DNA of 64,000 nt, taken from positions 3,008,001 through 3,072,000 of the forward strand of contig CAWJET010000001.1 in assembly GCA_963842085.1 (NCBI GenBank). Reading direction: 5' to 3'. This DNA is from an uncultured delta proteobacterium. Its GTDB lineage: Bacteria; Desulfobacterota; Binatia; Binatales; Binataceae. Shown one piece after another: positions 26,128 through 36,121 of this stretch. The notes beneath the pieces are model-generated. The model was not told the origin of the DNA and did not search any database. It saw nothing but the letters and a program-made list of their open reading frames with translations. The first letter of the stretch is position 1. Each line of letters opens with the position of its first letter. The position numbers were made by a program, and so were the translations under genes.

Positions 26128-27513
26128 TTACGCGTTGCTCCCAATACTCGATTCAATCGGCAACGCAAACTCCATTGTTGCGCCACGGTCGGGATTCTGC
26201 CTCGCCCAGACTCGGCCGCGATGGTTCTCGATGATTGCGCGAACGATGGCGAGCCCCATTCCCATTCCGGTCGACTTGGTCGTGAAGAAGGGGTCGAACA
26301 GACGAGGCATAACTTTGGGATCGATGCCCCTGCCCGAATCGCGGACCGAGATATGCACATGGCCCGGTTCGGTTAAACCAGCACAAATGACGACCTCGCG
26401 CGCCCCCCCGGCCTCGCACACAGAATCGAATGCGTTGAGGACCAAATTCAAGACGGCTTGCGTCAATTGGGTCTTGTCGCCCAGCACCGTTGGCAGCGAA
26501 TCGGGCACTTCAATCGACAAAGAGATGTCTTTCATTCTCGCGTCGGCGCTCAGGATGCGATTGACGTCCAGCAGGAGCTCTCTGACATCGACGGGAGATG
26601 TTTTCGCTTCACCTCGTCGAAAAGTCGCGCGAACATTTCGGACGATTTCGACCGCTCTGGCATCGTCGCGGACGATATCGTCCAGCGCGCTATCGACTTC
26701 GGCCAGATCTGGAGTTTTGGAAGCGAGGAGTCGCCGCGCGGCCCTCGCATTGTTCAGGATTGCTCCGAGCGGTTGGTTCAACTCGTGCGCCAGGGAGGCG
26801 GTCAGCTCTCCCATGGTCACAACTTGTGAAACCTGACGCAATTCCTCCTCCAGGCGGCGATGCTTCGCGAAGGCGCGCTTTCGCTCCAGCGCGTTTCCAA
26901 CGATCTCGGCGACCAGTTTCAGACGCTGGACATCTTTCTGAATCCACGCTCTTTCCACCCAACTGGTGAACGACACGGAGCCAATGACCGCTCCGTTAAT
27001 CTTCAAGGGGATGCTCACGTGAGCCTTGATACCATGAAGACGCGCTGTCGCCAGGTCTTTGGGAGCTTCAGGTGGAAGCTCCTCGACCCGCGAGAATAAT
27101 ACAATTTCGCCCGAAAGGACCTTGTTGGCGAGCCAAGGAAACGACTGAGTGCTGTTAACCCTCGTCCCCAAGAACGGTGTCGTACCTCCGTTTCGCGCCG
27201 CCTGATGCGTGATGTACAAAGCACCGTCGGCCGGGTCCAGCTGGGTCACTATGCCCCGATCTACCTGCATCGCAAGCACAATCAGGCGGAGCCATCGCTC
27301 TATTTCGTCATCGATCTCTTCAACCGGTATGCGAATGAAAGTAGCGGACAAATCACCCAGAAGGTTCTCGAAATCCGCGGCTTCCGAGGTTCCAAGGATG
27401 TAGGCGGGCGAAGCAGCGGTTGAAACCGCGCGGCCGTTTTCCTCTTCGGGGCGACTAGCCATGATCGTTCGGCGCGGGTCGGAAAGCTGACGCGGGGCAG
27501 ACCCAGATGACAC
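26128..27513 (-). CDS. GAF-domain sensor histidine kinase
   Basis: GAF-like N-terminus; AHELNQPL H-box, [25 protein letters not shown]. Confidence 0.92.
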   Translation of the reverse strand: MSSGSAPRQLSDPRRTIMASRPEEENGRAVSTAASPAYILGTSEAADFENLLGDLSATFIRIPVEEIDDEIERWLRLIVLAMQVDRGIVTQLDPADGALYITHQAARNGGTTPFLGTRVNSTQSFPWLANKVLSGEIVLFSRVEELPPEAPKDLATARLHGIKAHVSIPLKINGAVIGSVSFTSWVERAWIQKDVQRLKLVAEIVGNALERKRAFAKHRRLEEELRQVSQVVTMGELTASLAHELNQPLGAILNNARAARRLLASKTPDLAEVDSALDDIVRDDARAVEIVRNVRATFRRGEAKTSPVDVRELLLDVNRILSADARMKDISLSIEVPDSLPTVLGDKTQLTQAVLNLVLNAFDSVCEAGGAREVVICAGLTEPGHVHISVRDSGRGIDPKVMPRLFDPFFTTKSTGMGMGLAIVRAIIENHRGRVWARQNPDRGATMEFALPIESSIGSNA

Positions 27514-27527
27514 TTCAGGTTTCGTCC

Positions 27528-27947
27528 TTATACGCCAGATCCACCTCTTGTGGATAGAGCAAGCGCACGAGCGATTGCGTCTAGCAGGGGCTCTTCGTCG
27601 AACGGCTTGAAGAGCACGGCGACCGCATCCGATTGCGCTGCCAGCGAGCGAATCTTGCTGTCGGTTCGGCCGGTGATTAGTATCGCAGGCAGGCCGCGTC
27701 CTGCTCGTTTCAGAACCTCACACATCTCGATTCCGTTCATTTCGGGCATATCAATATCAACCACCATGCACGCGTTCGATCTTGGTGTCTCACATGCTAG
27801 CAATTCAGATGGCCGGTCGAAGGTTTTGACCTCAAAGCCAGAAGCAGAAATCAGGCGCCTCAACGAGCGAAGGACGGACGGATCGTCGTCCACCACAAGC
27901 ACCCTTGCCCGGGTCCCCGTATCAATTGTTTTTGCCTCTCCAGCCAT
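27528..27947 (-). CDS. Single-domain response regulator
   Basis: VVDDD, DIDMP, ITG, FKPF; start uncertain. Confidence 0.85.
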   Translation of the reverse strand: MAGEAKTIDTGTRARVLVVDDDPSVLRSLRRLISASGFEVKTFDRPSELLACETPRSNACMVVDIDMPEMNGIEMCEVLKRAGRGLPAILITGRTDSKIRSLAAQSDAVAVLFKPFDEEPLLDAIARALALSTRGGSGV

Positions 27948-28118
27948 TGACTTGACACGTTTGTACTTTCGCCCAGCTCGGGTGGCGGCCACCTTCCTCG
28001 CCGAACTCTCTGCAGTTCTCATTTCAGATTTATTTGGGACTCCTCTTGAGGCAGGACGCATTGTAGAGCGCGACATGCTACCCGCTTTCATTGTGTTACG
28101 AACTGTGAAATAGCGCAA

Positions 28119-28134
28119 TTGGACCAAAGTCCAA
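28119..28134. promoter_or_regulatory. TTGGAC-N4-GTCCAA box upstream of the two-component operon
   Basis: ttggaccaaagtccaa. Confidence 0.7.
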
Positions 28135-28229
28135 TACGATTGTCGCGATTCGCCACGAAAGTTTCGGGTCGGGGGCTGGTACCTTACGACCCAGGCACTC
28201 GAGGTCTCACGCTAAATGCACCTCCCAGG

Positions 28230-28964
28230 CTACTGCGACGGTACTTCGCCTGACGTTAAGTGAACTTCACGCTCATCCAAGATGGCGTGGACGGCGGCCG
28301 TTTGGGGGAGGTTGACAGCCGCCGTCTCGCCATTAGCAGCCTCGGTGGGGCTGCCCAAGATCGCCAGATTCTCGCGCGCTGGCTCGTAGTCCGGAACGTC
28401 GCGCACGAGATCACGCCAGACCTCCGACGCGCTGGCAGTCTTTCCCTCCTGCGCGTAGATGAAGCCCAGTAGGTTGCGCGCGTCGGGTTGCTGAGCATTC
28501 AGGCGCAGCGTTGCCAGCGTCTGGTGCTCCGCATCGGCAAGCATTCCGCGCTCGACGTCTACGAGGGCAAGATTGTAATGCGATTCGCAATGATCCCCGC
28601 CGAGGAAAACTGCGCGTCGAAGGCTCTCCGTCGCTGCGTCCAGGTCAGCGCTTTCGAGTTGTGCCAGTCCTAGGTTTAGAAATAAGTCCCAACTTCTATG
28701 CCCAAGCGCTTCTGCTCGCTGATACTCTCTGACTTCCGCTGTCCTGTCGCCGACCATTCCCTCGGCAAACCCCAGATGATAATGCGCGAGCGCGTTGGTC
28801 GGATGCTCGCGTATGACTTCTATGTGAAGACGAATCGCCTTCGAGTAATCTTCGACGCCGAGGAAATAATCGGCGCTGACATCACAGACTTGCTGTTCGG
28901 CCCCGCCCTCGATTGCATCGTTCGCAATCCAAACTGAGAGCAGCAAAACAGGCGCTGCGATCAT
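28230..28964 (-). CDS. TPR-repeat protein
   Basis: AHYHLG, LFLNLG, SHYNLA, ARNLLG, ARENLA repeats; N-terminal hydrophobic anchor; start estimated. Confidence 0.8.
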   Translation of the reverse strand: MIAAPVLLLSVWIANDAIEGGAEQQVCDVSADYFLGVEDYSKAIRLHIEVIREHPTNALAHYHLGFAEGMVGDRTAEVREYQRAEALGHRSWDLFLNLGLAQLESADLDAATESLRRAVFLGGDHCESHYNLALVDVERGMLADAEHQTLATLRLNAQQPDARNLLGFIYAQEGKTASASEVWRDLVRDVPDYEPARENLAILGSPTEAANGETAAVNLPQTAAVHAILDEREVHLTSGEVPSQ

Positions 28965-29044
28965 TACTAACGAGATACTTCTCACGGTTACGCTCCTCGG
29001 ATTATCAGCCACCCGACAGTGCGCCAAATCGAAGTGTAGTTCTA

Positions 29045-29090
29045 TTGGACTATGGTCTAATTCACCTTGGTCCAATGGACCAAGGTCCAA
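29045..29090. promoter_or_regulatory. Triple tandem TTGGAC-N4-GTCCAA boxes in a divergent promoter
   Basis: ttggactatggtctaa-ttcaccttggtccaa-tggaccaaggtccaa, 15-bp period. Confidence 0.7.
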
Positions 29091-29185
29091 TTGCGGCAGT
29101 TTCGCTCGTGGCGCAAAGTCGGTGAATGAAACTTCCGTGCAATCGAAACGGGCGATTGTTAACAGCGAGAACGGAGCACATTCTG

Positions 29186-29614
29186 ATGACTAGGACCTTT
29201 GGATTTCTGGCGCTCGCGATAGCGCTTGCAGGGTGTTCGGAGGTCACGGTCCGGCCGCAGCAGGGCTGCGATCTGATGACCGCGGAGATTTGTTCACATG
29301 CTGCCGACGCGCAATTAAATAGCGGGGCGCTAGCTGTTAGCTATGCATTCGAGCCGGAGGATGCCCGAGTCGTACCCTTTGTCGTACCCGTGCTTAGACC
29401 GGACGGTGCGCTCGCTGCGGAAGTAGACTGCTACGCCAATACTGATTCTCACTCCTACTCGATAATTCGATCAGACCTCGCGATTCCGCCCGAATCTGAG
29501 CAGTCAGTTGACTTCCTGCGCGAGCGACACTTGTGCGCGGATGAGGGGTCTTACGTACAAGCGGGGCATCAGCGAGTCCAGACTGCATCAGCACTGCCAC
29601 TACTCTCGCGATGA
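29186..29614 (+). CDS. Hypothetical lipoprotein
   Basis: Lipobox LAGC; four further Cys; RBS ggag. Confidence 0.6.
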   Translation: MTRTFGFLALAIALAGCSEVTVRPQQGCDLMTAEICSHAADAQLNSGALAVSYAFEPEDARVVPFVVPVLRPDGALAAEVDCYANTDSHSYSIIRSDLAIPPESEQSVDFLRERHLCADEGSYVQAGHQRVQTASALPLLSR

Positions 29615-29698
29615 ATGGTTGCAGAGAGGACAGCTTCAGTGGTTACAACACCCATATAGGCGAGATAAACCGCTTAATCGGGTAAACAGCCGGGAGGG

Positions 29699-30565
29699 AT
29701 GGTAATGAGGTCAAGACTTTGTTCCGCGAGAACGCGACTGACAGGCGCAGGGTTGACCGTCGCGCTCATGTTGATAGTGGGCGCGCCCGCCCCCTCGATG
29801 GCGCAGGAGGGCTTCAGCAAGGATTTGGGGATCGTCCGAGCATGCGGCGGCGACATCTGGAGTCTCTGCTCGGACGTGCTGCCCGATGTCGGACGCATCA
29901 AGAGTTGTGTACAGAACAAGATGGGCCAGCTCTCCAAAGGTTGCCTCGATAAGCTTCTCGACGCGATGGCCGGCGCGCAATTCAAGATCTGCAAGGATCA
30001 GACTTACGCGCTTTGCGCCGCGGCGCGCTGCAATGTGTTCGACGGCGTTGCCTACTGCCAGTGCGACGTGAAGCACGGTGATAGCATCAGCCTGCCGTTT
30101 CCGATGGGCAAGGATGAGGACGTCTGTTCGGTCAACGCCGCGGGCGCAGCAAACAAATACATGGTCAGCACCTACAGCCTACCTGAGTCGATCGCCTCTC
30201 CGCAGGGAGGTGGCGCGGTCTACACCTGCCAGGGCGAGGAGGGCGGCGCTTACGCTCAGTGCGACGGCGGACTTTGCTTCAGAAGCACCGAGGTGACGAC
30301 GTTCCCGGGCTTCGACCAACCGGTGCCGAAAGGACAGATCATCTGCTCCTGCCCAATCACCCAGTCCACTGGCGACAACGCCCAAAGCTACCAGATCCTA
30401 GGGCCTTACCCATGCGATAAGTCCTTCTTCAAATATTGCAAAGGCGCCACCGCGACTAGCAAAACGGGTTCGACGATCTACGTCGGCGCCCCTGTAGGCA
30501 CGGCTGCTGCGCTGGCTGTCCAGCTCAACGGAAAGGTCCCGCCCCTCAACCAGTGCTCGCCGTGA
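29699..30565 (+). CDS. Secreted cysteine-rich protein
   Basis: Signal peptide; N-terminal ACGGDIWSLC..V.PDVGRIKSC......LSKGC cysteine-rich repeat; 18 Cys in the mature part. Confidence 0.7.
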   Translation: MVMRSRLCSARTRLTGAGLTVALMLIVGAPAPSMAQEGFSKDLGIVRACGGDIWSLCSDVLPDVGRIKSCVQNKMGQLSKGCLDKLLDAMAGAQFKICKDQTYALCAAARCNVFDGVAYCQCDVKHGDSISLPFPMGKDEDVCSVNAAGAANKYMVSTYSLPESIASPQGGGAVYTCQGEEGGAYAQCDGGLCFRSTEVTTFPGFDQPVPKGQIICSCPITQSTGDNAQSYQILGPYPCDKSFFKYCKGATATSKTGSTIYVGAPVGTAAALAVQLNGKVPPLNQCSP

Positions 30566-31005
30566 AGCGGTACAAAACGATATCGATAGCGGTCGCTGCC
30601 GCTATCGAAGCGGGCACTGCGCTCGTTCTGATAAGCTTCCCGTCGCTTTTCGTTCGGCTCCTGCTAGGTGTCGAACTCTCCGAACCGGGGCAGGTTGTCG
30701 GTCGGCTCGCCGGATTCGCCCTCCTCGCTTTGGTGTTGGCATGTTGGCCTGGCGCGGGGACGGAAAGCAAAGCCGCCTCGTCACTTCGAGCGCTGCTGGT
30801 CTTCAGCGTGCTCGTTGCGTTCTACCTAGTTTATCTGGGGCTCCGCGGTGGCCTAGAGGGGCCGCTGCTCTGGCCCGCGGCGATCCTTCATTCAGTCGTG
30901 GCGATATTCCTTGCTCGAGCGTGGGTCAACAATTCACTAGACAGAGGAGAAATATCAGACGAAGCAGGCTCGCCTTCTAAGGAACTGTTTGACCGACATA
31001 CATGA
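30562..31005 (+). CDS. Four-TM membrane protein
   Basis: Hydrophobic; ACWPG and LLWPAAILH motifs; paralog at 15835-16204. Confidence 0.7.
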   Translation: MKRYKTISIAVAAAIEAGTALVLISFPSLFVRLLLGVELSEPGQVVGRLAGFALLALVLACWPGAGTESKAASSLRALLVFSVLVAFYLVYLGLRGGLEGPLLWPAAILHSVVAIFLARAWVNNSLDRGEISDEAGSPSKELFDRHT

Positions 31006-31022
31006 AGCGGAACAGTAGCTGA

Positions 31023-31038
31023 TTGGACCAAAGTCCAA
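31023..31038. promoter_or_regulatory. TTGGAC-N4-GTCCAA box
   Basis: ttggaccaaagtccaa. Confidence 0.7.
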
Positions 31039-31138
31039 CTTACAGTCTGTGCAGAAAAGTGATATTCGAATCTCTGTTGGCTGGCAAAAGAGGATCATCG
31101 CAAACGTGGAAACGCGAAACTGTAATGGAGGCACTTCA

Positions 31139-31438
31139 ATGGTAAAGCAAGATTTGAGCGGAAAGGCAGATCAGGCGCGAAAGCTGCGACGTTCGACGAT
31201 AGCAATGCTGCTACTCGGTGGCTGCTCATCATCCGAACCATCGTCGGCGCAACAAGCATCATTGGCAAAGACCGAGCTACATTTCGATATCAACGCTTGC
31301 CAGCAGATCGAGCCGGGCTGGTACAAGTGCCCGGCCGCTGACAAGCCGATCTGCAACGCCGACTACAACGGACAAGCCGAATGTGTCCGAATCGGACCGA
31401 AAGGCAGTGTGTTCGTCCAGAGTGGTTTTGCCAACTGA
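31139..31438 (+). CDS. Small four-Cys lipoprotein
   Basis: LGGC lipobox; LHFD...CQQI....YKCP..DK.IC shared with 18910-19206. Confidence 0.65.
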   Translation: MVKQDLSGKADQARKLRRSTIAMLLLGGCSSSEPSSAQQASLAKTELHFDINACQQIEPGWYKCPAADKPICNADYNGQAECVRIGPKGSVFVQSGFAN

Positions 31439-31487
31439 TCGGCGTTGCCGCTATAGCTTCGCACTGACATGGAAGTAGGAACCCCGA

Positions 31488-32249
31488 ATGAGAGTGATCA
31501 TAACTGTAACTATCGGCCTCGTGCTGCTCGCGTCCGGGTCTGTCCGCGCGCAAGGCGTCGTGCTGCCGCTGCCGGCTCAGGATCAGCAGAAGATAACCGC
31601 CCAGCTCGGACCGGGTGTCGTGGGCATCGCATTACCCAGCCAGCCAATCAGCGATCCCAGAGTCTTCTTTCCACTCCAAAACAAGTCCTTGACCTACCAG
31701 GTCATGGCTGGCCCGAACGCTGGCAAATCGCAGTCTCTGGAACTCGTGAAGACGCGGCGTCCGAGCGGGGCCTCGGCGTGGCGCTTTCAACTTTCGCCGT
31801 CGCTCGCGGGGTTCCTTCGTCAGACGGCGGAGGGCGATATCATAATGCCTGCCCTGAGCGACGCGGGCGAAGGTGTAGTTGTGGTGACTACGCCTGCCAA
31901 TCCCTTCGTGCCCAAGGGTATGCAGCCGGGCGAGACACGGACCTATTCGCAGCAAGTGTCGGTAAACTATCTCGACGATCCGTCGGACCAGAAATATTCC
32001 GGCTCGGTTACTGGCAATTACACCTACGTCGGCACCTATCAGGTTACCGTACCCGCGGGCACTTTCCCAGCTGTGCTGTTCCGCGTCTATTGCGATGGCA
32101 AGGTTGGCCCTGCTCATACGGTGAACACCGGTTACAACTTTTTCGCACCTGGCGTCGGCATGGTCGCGATGATTCTGCAGGAAGACGTGACGGCTTTCTG
32201 GCTCTTCAACATCGACACCACGACAGGCAAGGTTCTGATGTCGAACTGA
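31488..32249 (+). CDS. Secreted hypothetical protein
   Basis: Signal peptide; QVTVPAGTFPA...FFAPGVGMV motif. Confidence 0.7.
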   Translation: MRVIITVTIGLVLLASGSVRAQGVVLPLPAQDQQKITAQLGPGVVGIALPSQPISDPRVFFPLQNKSLTYQVMAGPNAGKSQSLELVKTRRPSGASAWRFQLSPSLAGFLRQTAEGDIIMPALSDAGEGVVVVTTPANPFVPKGMQPGETRTYSQQVSVNYLDDPSDQKYSGSVTGNYTYVGTYQVTVPAGTFPAVLFRVYCDGKVGPAHTVNTGYNFFAPGVGMVAMILQEDVTAFWLFNIDTTTGKVLMSN

Positions 32250-32426
32250 AAATGTGGTTGCGCATCAAGTCCAATTGCGGCAATTTGCTGAAAGCGAAAA
32301 GGCGGCCGGCGCCAAGGTCGCTGTCGCGCGGTCTTGAATCGCGCGGTCAAGGCCAATCGGCTGGTGATTCTCGATGAGACGCTTCCGGCTCGTGCAGGCG
32401 GTATAAACTTTCGATCCGGGACAAAA

Positions 32427-32897
32427 GTGAATCCAACGAACGTCGGCACATGGATCGACGACTGGGCTTGGAGCTTACCTTTGATTGTGGTGACCGTGGT
32501 GACTCACGTCTGCGGTCTCGCTCTCATCGGTGGAAAATTCGTGGCTGTTCTCAGCGAACCATTGGATCGTCGCAGCTTTATCCCCAGATTCGGAGTGGTG
32601 ATTGGCGGTACAGCTTTGCTGGCCACCCTTCTCCACGGAATCGAGGGGGCCATTTGGGCTACTGCGTACCGGATTCTCGGCGCGCTGCCAGACAACCGAT
32701 CCGCGATGCTTTATTCGCTCAGCGCGATGACTAGCTACGGTCACGCGAACTTGTTTCTGAAGGATCGCTGGCAGTTGATGGGCGCTTTGGAGGCGCTAAA
32801 TGGGATGCTGCTATTCGGATTAACGACGGCCTTTCTGTTCGGCATGATCCAGAGGGTGTGGCCGCTCGGTACCAGAGAACGGCACCGGAGCCTGTAG
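32427..32897 (+). CDS. Small ion-channel-like membrane protein (K+ channel pore-like)
   Basis: LHGIE..IWA..Y, YSLSAMTSYG pore-like loop, LEALNGMLLFGLTTAFLF; start estimated. Confidence 0.65.
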   Translation: MNPTNVGTWIDDWAWSLPLIVVTVVTHVCGLALIGGKFVAVLSEPLDRRSFIPRFGVVIGGTALLATLLHGIEGAIWATAYRILGALPDNRSAMLYSLSAMTSYGHANLFLKDRWQLMGALEALNGMLLFGLTTAFLFGMIQRVWPLGTRERHRSL

Positions 32898-33026
32898 CAC
32901 ACCAAAATCTTCGCTACAAAGCAATCTCCTTCAGGCGTCGGCCTGCTTATAAGAGTTGCGACATTAGAAACTACCTCACACTTCGCGGTTCAGATCATGC
33001 TGACAGCGCAAACAGAATTGTACTCG

Positions 33027-33593
33027 TTACGGAGTCTGGTCTTGGATCGCTATGTTGATACGGCGATTCTGGGCACGCCCTTCCGGCGTGTCATTTGGCC
33101 CGATAGGACGATATTGACCGAATGCCACCGCAGAAAGCTGATTCGGATCGAGACCCTGAGCCACCAGGAAGCGAACCACTGAGATCGCGCGCGCGGCAGA
33201 GAGGTCCCAGTTGGTCGGGAAACGCCCAGAGAGCGGTGGCAGTATTGGCAGGTTGTCGGTGTAGCCCTCGATGACGATCTGTTTGCCGGCTACTCCCTGT
33301 AAGGCAGGGACGATTTTGTTCAACTCCTGCTGTCCCTGCTGATGTAGCTCCCATCCGCCCTCTGGGAACAGAATAGCATTGACCATCGTCACCTCTAATC
33401 GGTTCTGCAACTGTCTGACCTTTACCTGATCGGAATTAACTTCAGTCTGCAGACTCTGATTGAGTTGCTGATAGGTCGAATTCATGTATTGGAGCTGCTG
33501 AACCTGTTGGACCTCCTGATTATATTGTTGTTGTGGAACGCACCCAGCGAATGACAGCGCCCCGATCATTATAATTACTCTCGTCCTGGTCAA
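33027..33593 (-). CDS. OmpA/MotB-family lipoprotein
   Basis: FAGC lipobox; IEGYTDN, NWDLSAARA, NDTPEGRAQNRRI. Confidence 0.85.
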   Translation of the reverse strand: MTRTRVIIMIGALSFAGCVPQQQYNQEVQQVQQLQYMNSTYQQLNQSLQTEVNSDQVKVRQLQNRLEVTMVNAILFPEGGWELHQQGQQELNKIVPALQGVAGKQIVIEGYTDNLPILPPLSGRFPTNWDLSAARAISVVRFLVAQGLDPNQLSAVAFGQYRPIGPNDTPEGRAQNRRINIAIQDQTP

Positions 33594-33667
33594 TGTGGCT
33601 CTCCTTCGATTTATTTGTGGAGCGAAATCTCCTTCCGCATAGTGCCATAGGCAGGCATCGGAGGAAA

Positions 33668-33683
33668 TTGGACCTTGGTCCAA
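33668..33683. promoter_or_regulatory. TTGGAC-N4-GTCCAA box
   Basis: ttggaccttggtccaa. Confidence 0.7.
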
Positions 33684-34025
33684 TCTCCAGAGGCAGCACA
33701 TCCAGCCAAGCTAGGCACTAACATCACCAATATTGGGAATTCGAACTCGGCGCGGTTGCTGATGGTGTTCATCACCCTGCTGGAAAGTCTCCCGCCGGAA
33801 GCTCCTCTTAGACCTTCAACGCACCAGATGATCACCTCCCAATTCCGAGAGCCTTTACCAAGAAGACAGGAATGCTTGAAGGCAGCTGATTCGATAGCAT
33901 GGACATTGACGACACTCAGGACCTGTCGCCGTCTCTGACCGATACTAACTCCTACGCCCGATTTATCGCCTTCGGAGTTTCGGTTTGACTAAGCAAAACC
34001 CTAGGTTAGGCGCTCGGCCTCCGCG

Positions 34026-34322
34026 TCAATCCGGGGAGTCTCTTTGCATTTCGTCATCGCTATGCGTCGACCCAACTCCGGTCGCGCGGAACAATAGCTT
34101 GGCGGAGAAGAGCTTTTCGCTAATGCGTCCTTGGGATTTGAGTTGGCCGCCACGCCGTTTGCAATGCGGACATGTCATTGGATCGCCCAGGAGGCTCGCG
34201 TTTTCGGGCGTTATTTTGAGGTCAAACTGGAACCCGCAGCCCGGATTCCGACAAACCGTGCGGTACACGATTCCCTGGCTGTCGGTTGCTCGAGATTCAT
34301 GTCTGCTCACCGTTGATTGCAT
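34026..34322 (-). CDS. Small putative zinc-binding protein
   Basis: CRNPGC and CPHC; RBS ggagga. Confidence 0.55.
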   Translation of the reverse strand: MQSTVSRHESRATDSQGIVYRTVCRNPGCGFQFDLKITPENASLLGDPMTCPHCKRRGGQLKSQGRISEKLFSAKLLFRATGVGSTHSDDEMQRDSPD

Positions 34323-34539
34323 TTTTCTATCCTCCTCCGTCGGGTGATTCTGCTTGAGAGTCGCTTTGGACTAAACACATTTCTATCGACTTGGCCTACT
34401 ACTCATTGACCGGACTCTTCGCCCACTACGTGCGATCGCGCGCCTCATTGCGAGAGCACGCAAGCAAGACATTGGCTCGCTCCGGATTTCTGATAAGTCT
34501 CATGCAGCGAGTTTGCGCCACTAATATTAACGAGCGCAA

Positions 34540-34585
34540 TTGGACCTTGGTCCATTGGACTAAGGTGCATGAGACTATGGTCTAA
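34540..34585. promoter_or_regulatory. Triple tandem TTGGAC-N4-GTCCAA boxes in a divergent promoter
   Basis: ttggaccttggtccat-tggactaaggtgcat-gagactatggtctaa; near reverse complement of 29045-29090. Confidence 0.7.
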
Positions 34586-34689
34586 TGGAACTACCCGTTG
34601 GATTTGGGATAGCGTTCAGAGGCTACTCGGATTGCCAACGATGGGGCCGTTTTTCGCGGGTCACATCTTCAACCTGGAGGAAGATTGCT

Positions 34690-35103
34690 ATGAAGGGATT
34701 TGTGACATTGATTGCAACTGGCATCTTGATGGCCTCGGTGAGTACAGGATTCACGAAAGATCTCAGCACGGTTGGGATTGAAGAGGCGTTCATCGACGCA
34801 GTCGGGACTTGCGGCCCTTCGAGTCACGTCGCCGGTTCACTAGGCAAGAGCGAAGACCCGCAGGTAAAGATCGAACTGCGCGACGCATTGATTACCGAAG
34901 CTGCCGACGATGCCGCAGGAGTCGCCGGATCGAACAAAGCGCACAGCGAGTGCATGAAGAAAGATTTGTCGGCGCGCGGATACAGCGAAACTGATATGGC
35001 TGCGCTGCCCTATTGCGTCAAACACGACTGGCCGGATCCGTTCACCAGCCTTGGCCAATGTGTGAAGAGTCACAGCCGCCTCGAAGGCGCCATCAAGAAG
35101 TAG
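34690..35103 (+). CDS. Secreted hypothetical protein (4 Cys)
   Basis: RBS ggagga, signal peptide. Confidence 0.6.
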   Translation: MKGFVTLIATGILMASVSTGFTKDLSTVGIEEAFIDAVGTCGPSSHVAGSLGKSEDPQVKIELRDALITEAADDAAGVAGSNKAHSECMKKDLSARGYSETDMAALPYCVKHDWPDPFTSLGQCVKSHSRLEGAIKK

Positions 35104-35189
35104 CCGTGTAGAGCGCTTGCTTGCATACCGGCCGTCCCGGAGCGCCTCGCCCGCCCTTGTCAGCTATTAACTGGTGATAGATCTCGGCC

Positions 35190-35870
35190 GTGAAGAAGCG
35201 GGTCTTTGGGCACTCCTGCAGGAGGCAGTCGAGAATCGACTTCGGCGAAGCGCGGGGAGTGATCGGCGGAGTGGAGCGGAAGACCCACTTCTTCGCGATG
35301 GATCTGCCGCACAGCGACGGCTGCCTGGTGCAGACCTGCCCGGTCGAGAGAGGCGAAGCCTTCTGCGAGGGACATCGCGTCGGCTTCGAGTTCTTCGGCG
35401 GCGTGCCGCGTTCGATCGTGTACGACAACCTCAAGCTGGCGGTGGCGCGCATTTTGGGGGACGGCCGGCGGCTCAGGGATCCGGTCTTCAGCGAGTCGCA
35501 GTCGCACTACCTGTTCGCCGATCGCTTCTTACGACCCCGGAAGGGCAACGACAAGGGCAAGGTCAAGGATTGGTGGGCGCGCGGTGCAACTTCATGGTGC
35601 CGATCCCTAACGCGACCAGCTTCGATCACCAGCTCGTGGACGTAACCGCGTACCAGCACTCGCGGTGGCCGTAAGCGGTGGGCACCGAATAGTCTTTGCC
35701 CGTAGCGTACCAGAGAGAGCGAGCTGACCCAGACTGCTCTTTTCTCGCAAGCTTCATAGGGAGTGGCCGGCAACGGTAGGAAGGCCCCGCGGTCTCGCAC
35801 CAAGCGCTTGCCGATGGTCTCATCATGGCCGCGCAGCCGGTCGTTCAATCGGCGCCGTCAGCGGTTCGCA
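35190..35870. pseudogene. IS21-family IstA transposase remnant in two oppositely oriented pieces
   Basis: + strand: DFGEA, MDLPHSD, FFGGVPRSIVYDN, GNDKGKV. - strand: RLRGHDETIG...LPLPATPYEACE...VSSLSLVRY...YSVP. Confidence 0.8.
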
Positions 35871-35964
35871 GCGAACAACTCTGTTTTGTGCCGCCCCGTG
35901 GCGCCCAAAAGCGTCTTTGCAATACATTCCTTCTACAATCTCAGGAAGACATGAGGTCGGAACG

Positions 35965-35990
35965 CGACTGTGGGGGAATTTGTGGGGACC
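35965..35990 (+). promoter_or_regulatory. Putative integrase arm-type sites
   Basis: gcgactgtgggggaatttgtggggacc, direct near-repeat of 5778-5803. Confidence 0.6.
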
Positions 35991-36121
35991 CTCGGTCACA
36001 TTCGATACCACTGGGTAGCAGCAGTCGTCCTTTTCAAAATACCGGAGAACCCTTCGCGCACAATGACTTCATACCTATCTGGTGATACTGAGCAATACCC
36101 GTGAAAACCTGCCCTCAACGA

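Noticed and set aside
33027-33593. Flagellar motB
   Set aside because: Lipoprotein with an OmpA-like domain only; no motA or flagellar context
21164-34585. CRISPR array from the recurring palindromes
   Set aside because: Copies are 16 bp, kilobases apart or abutting without spacers, and no cas genes are present
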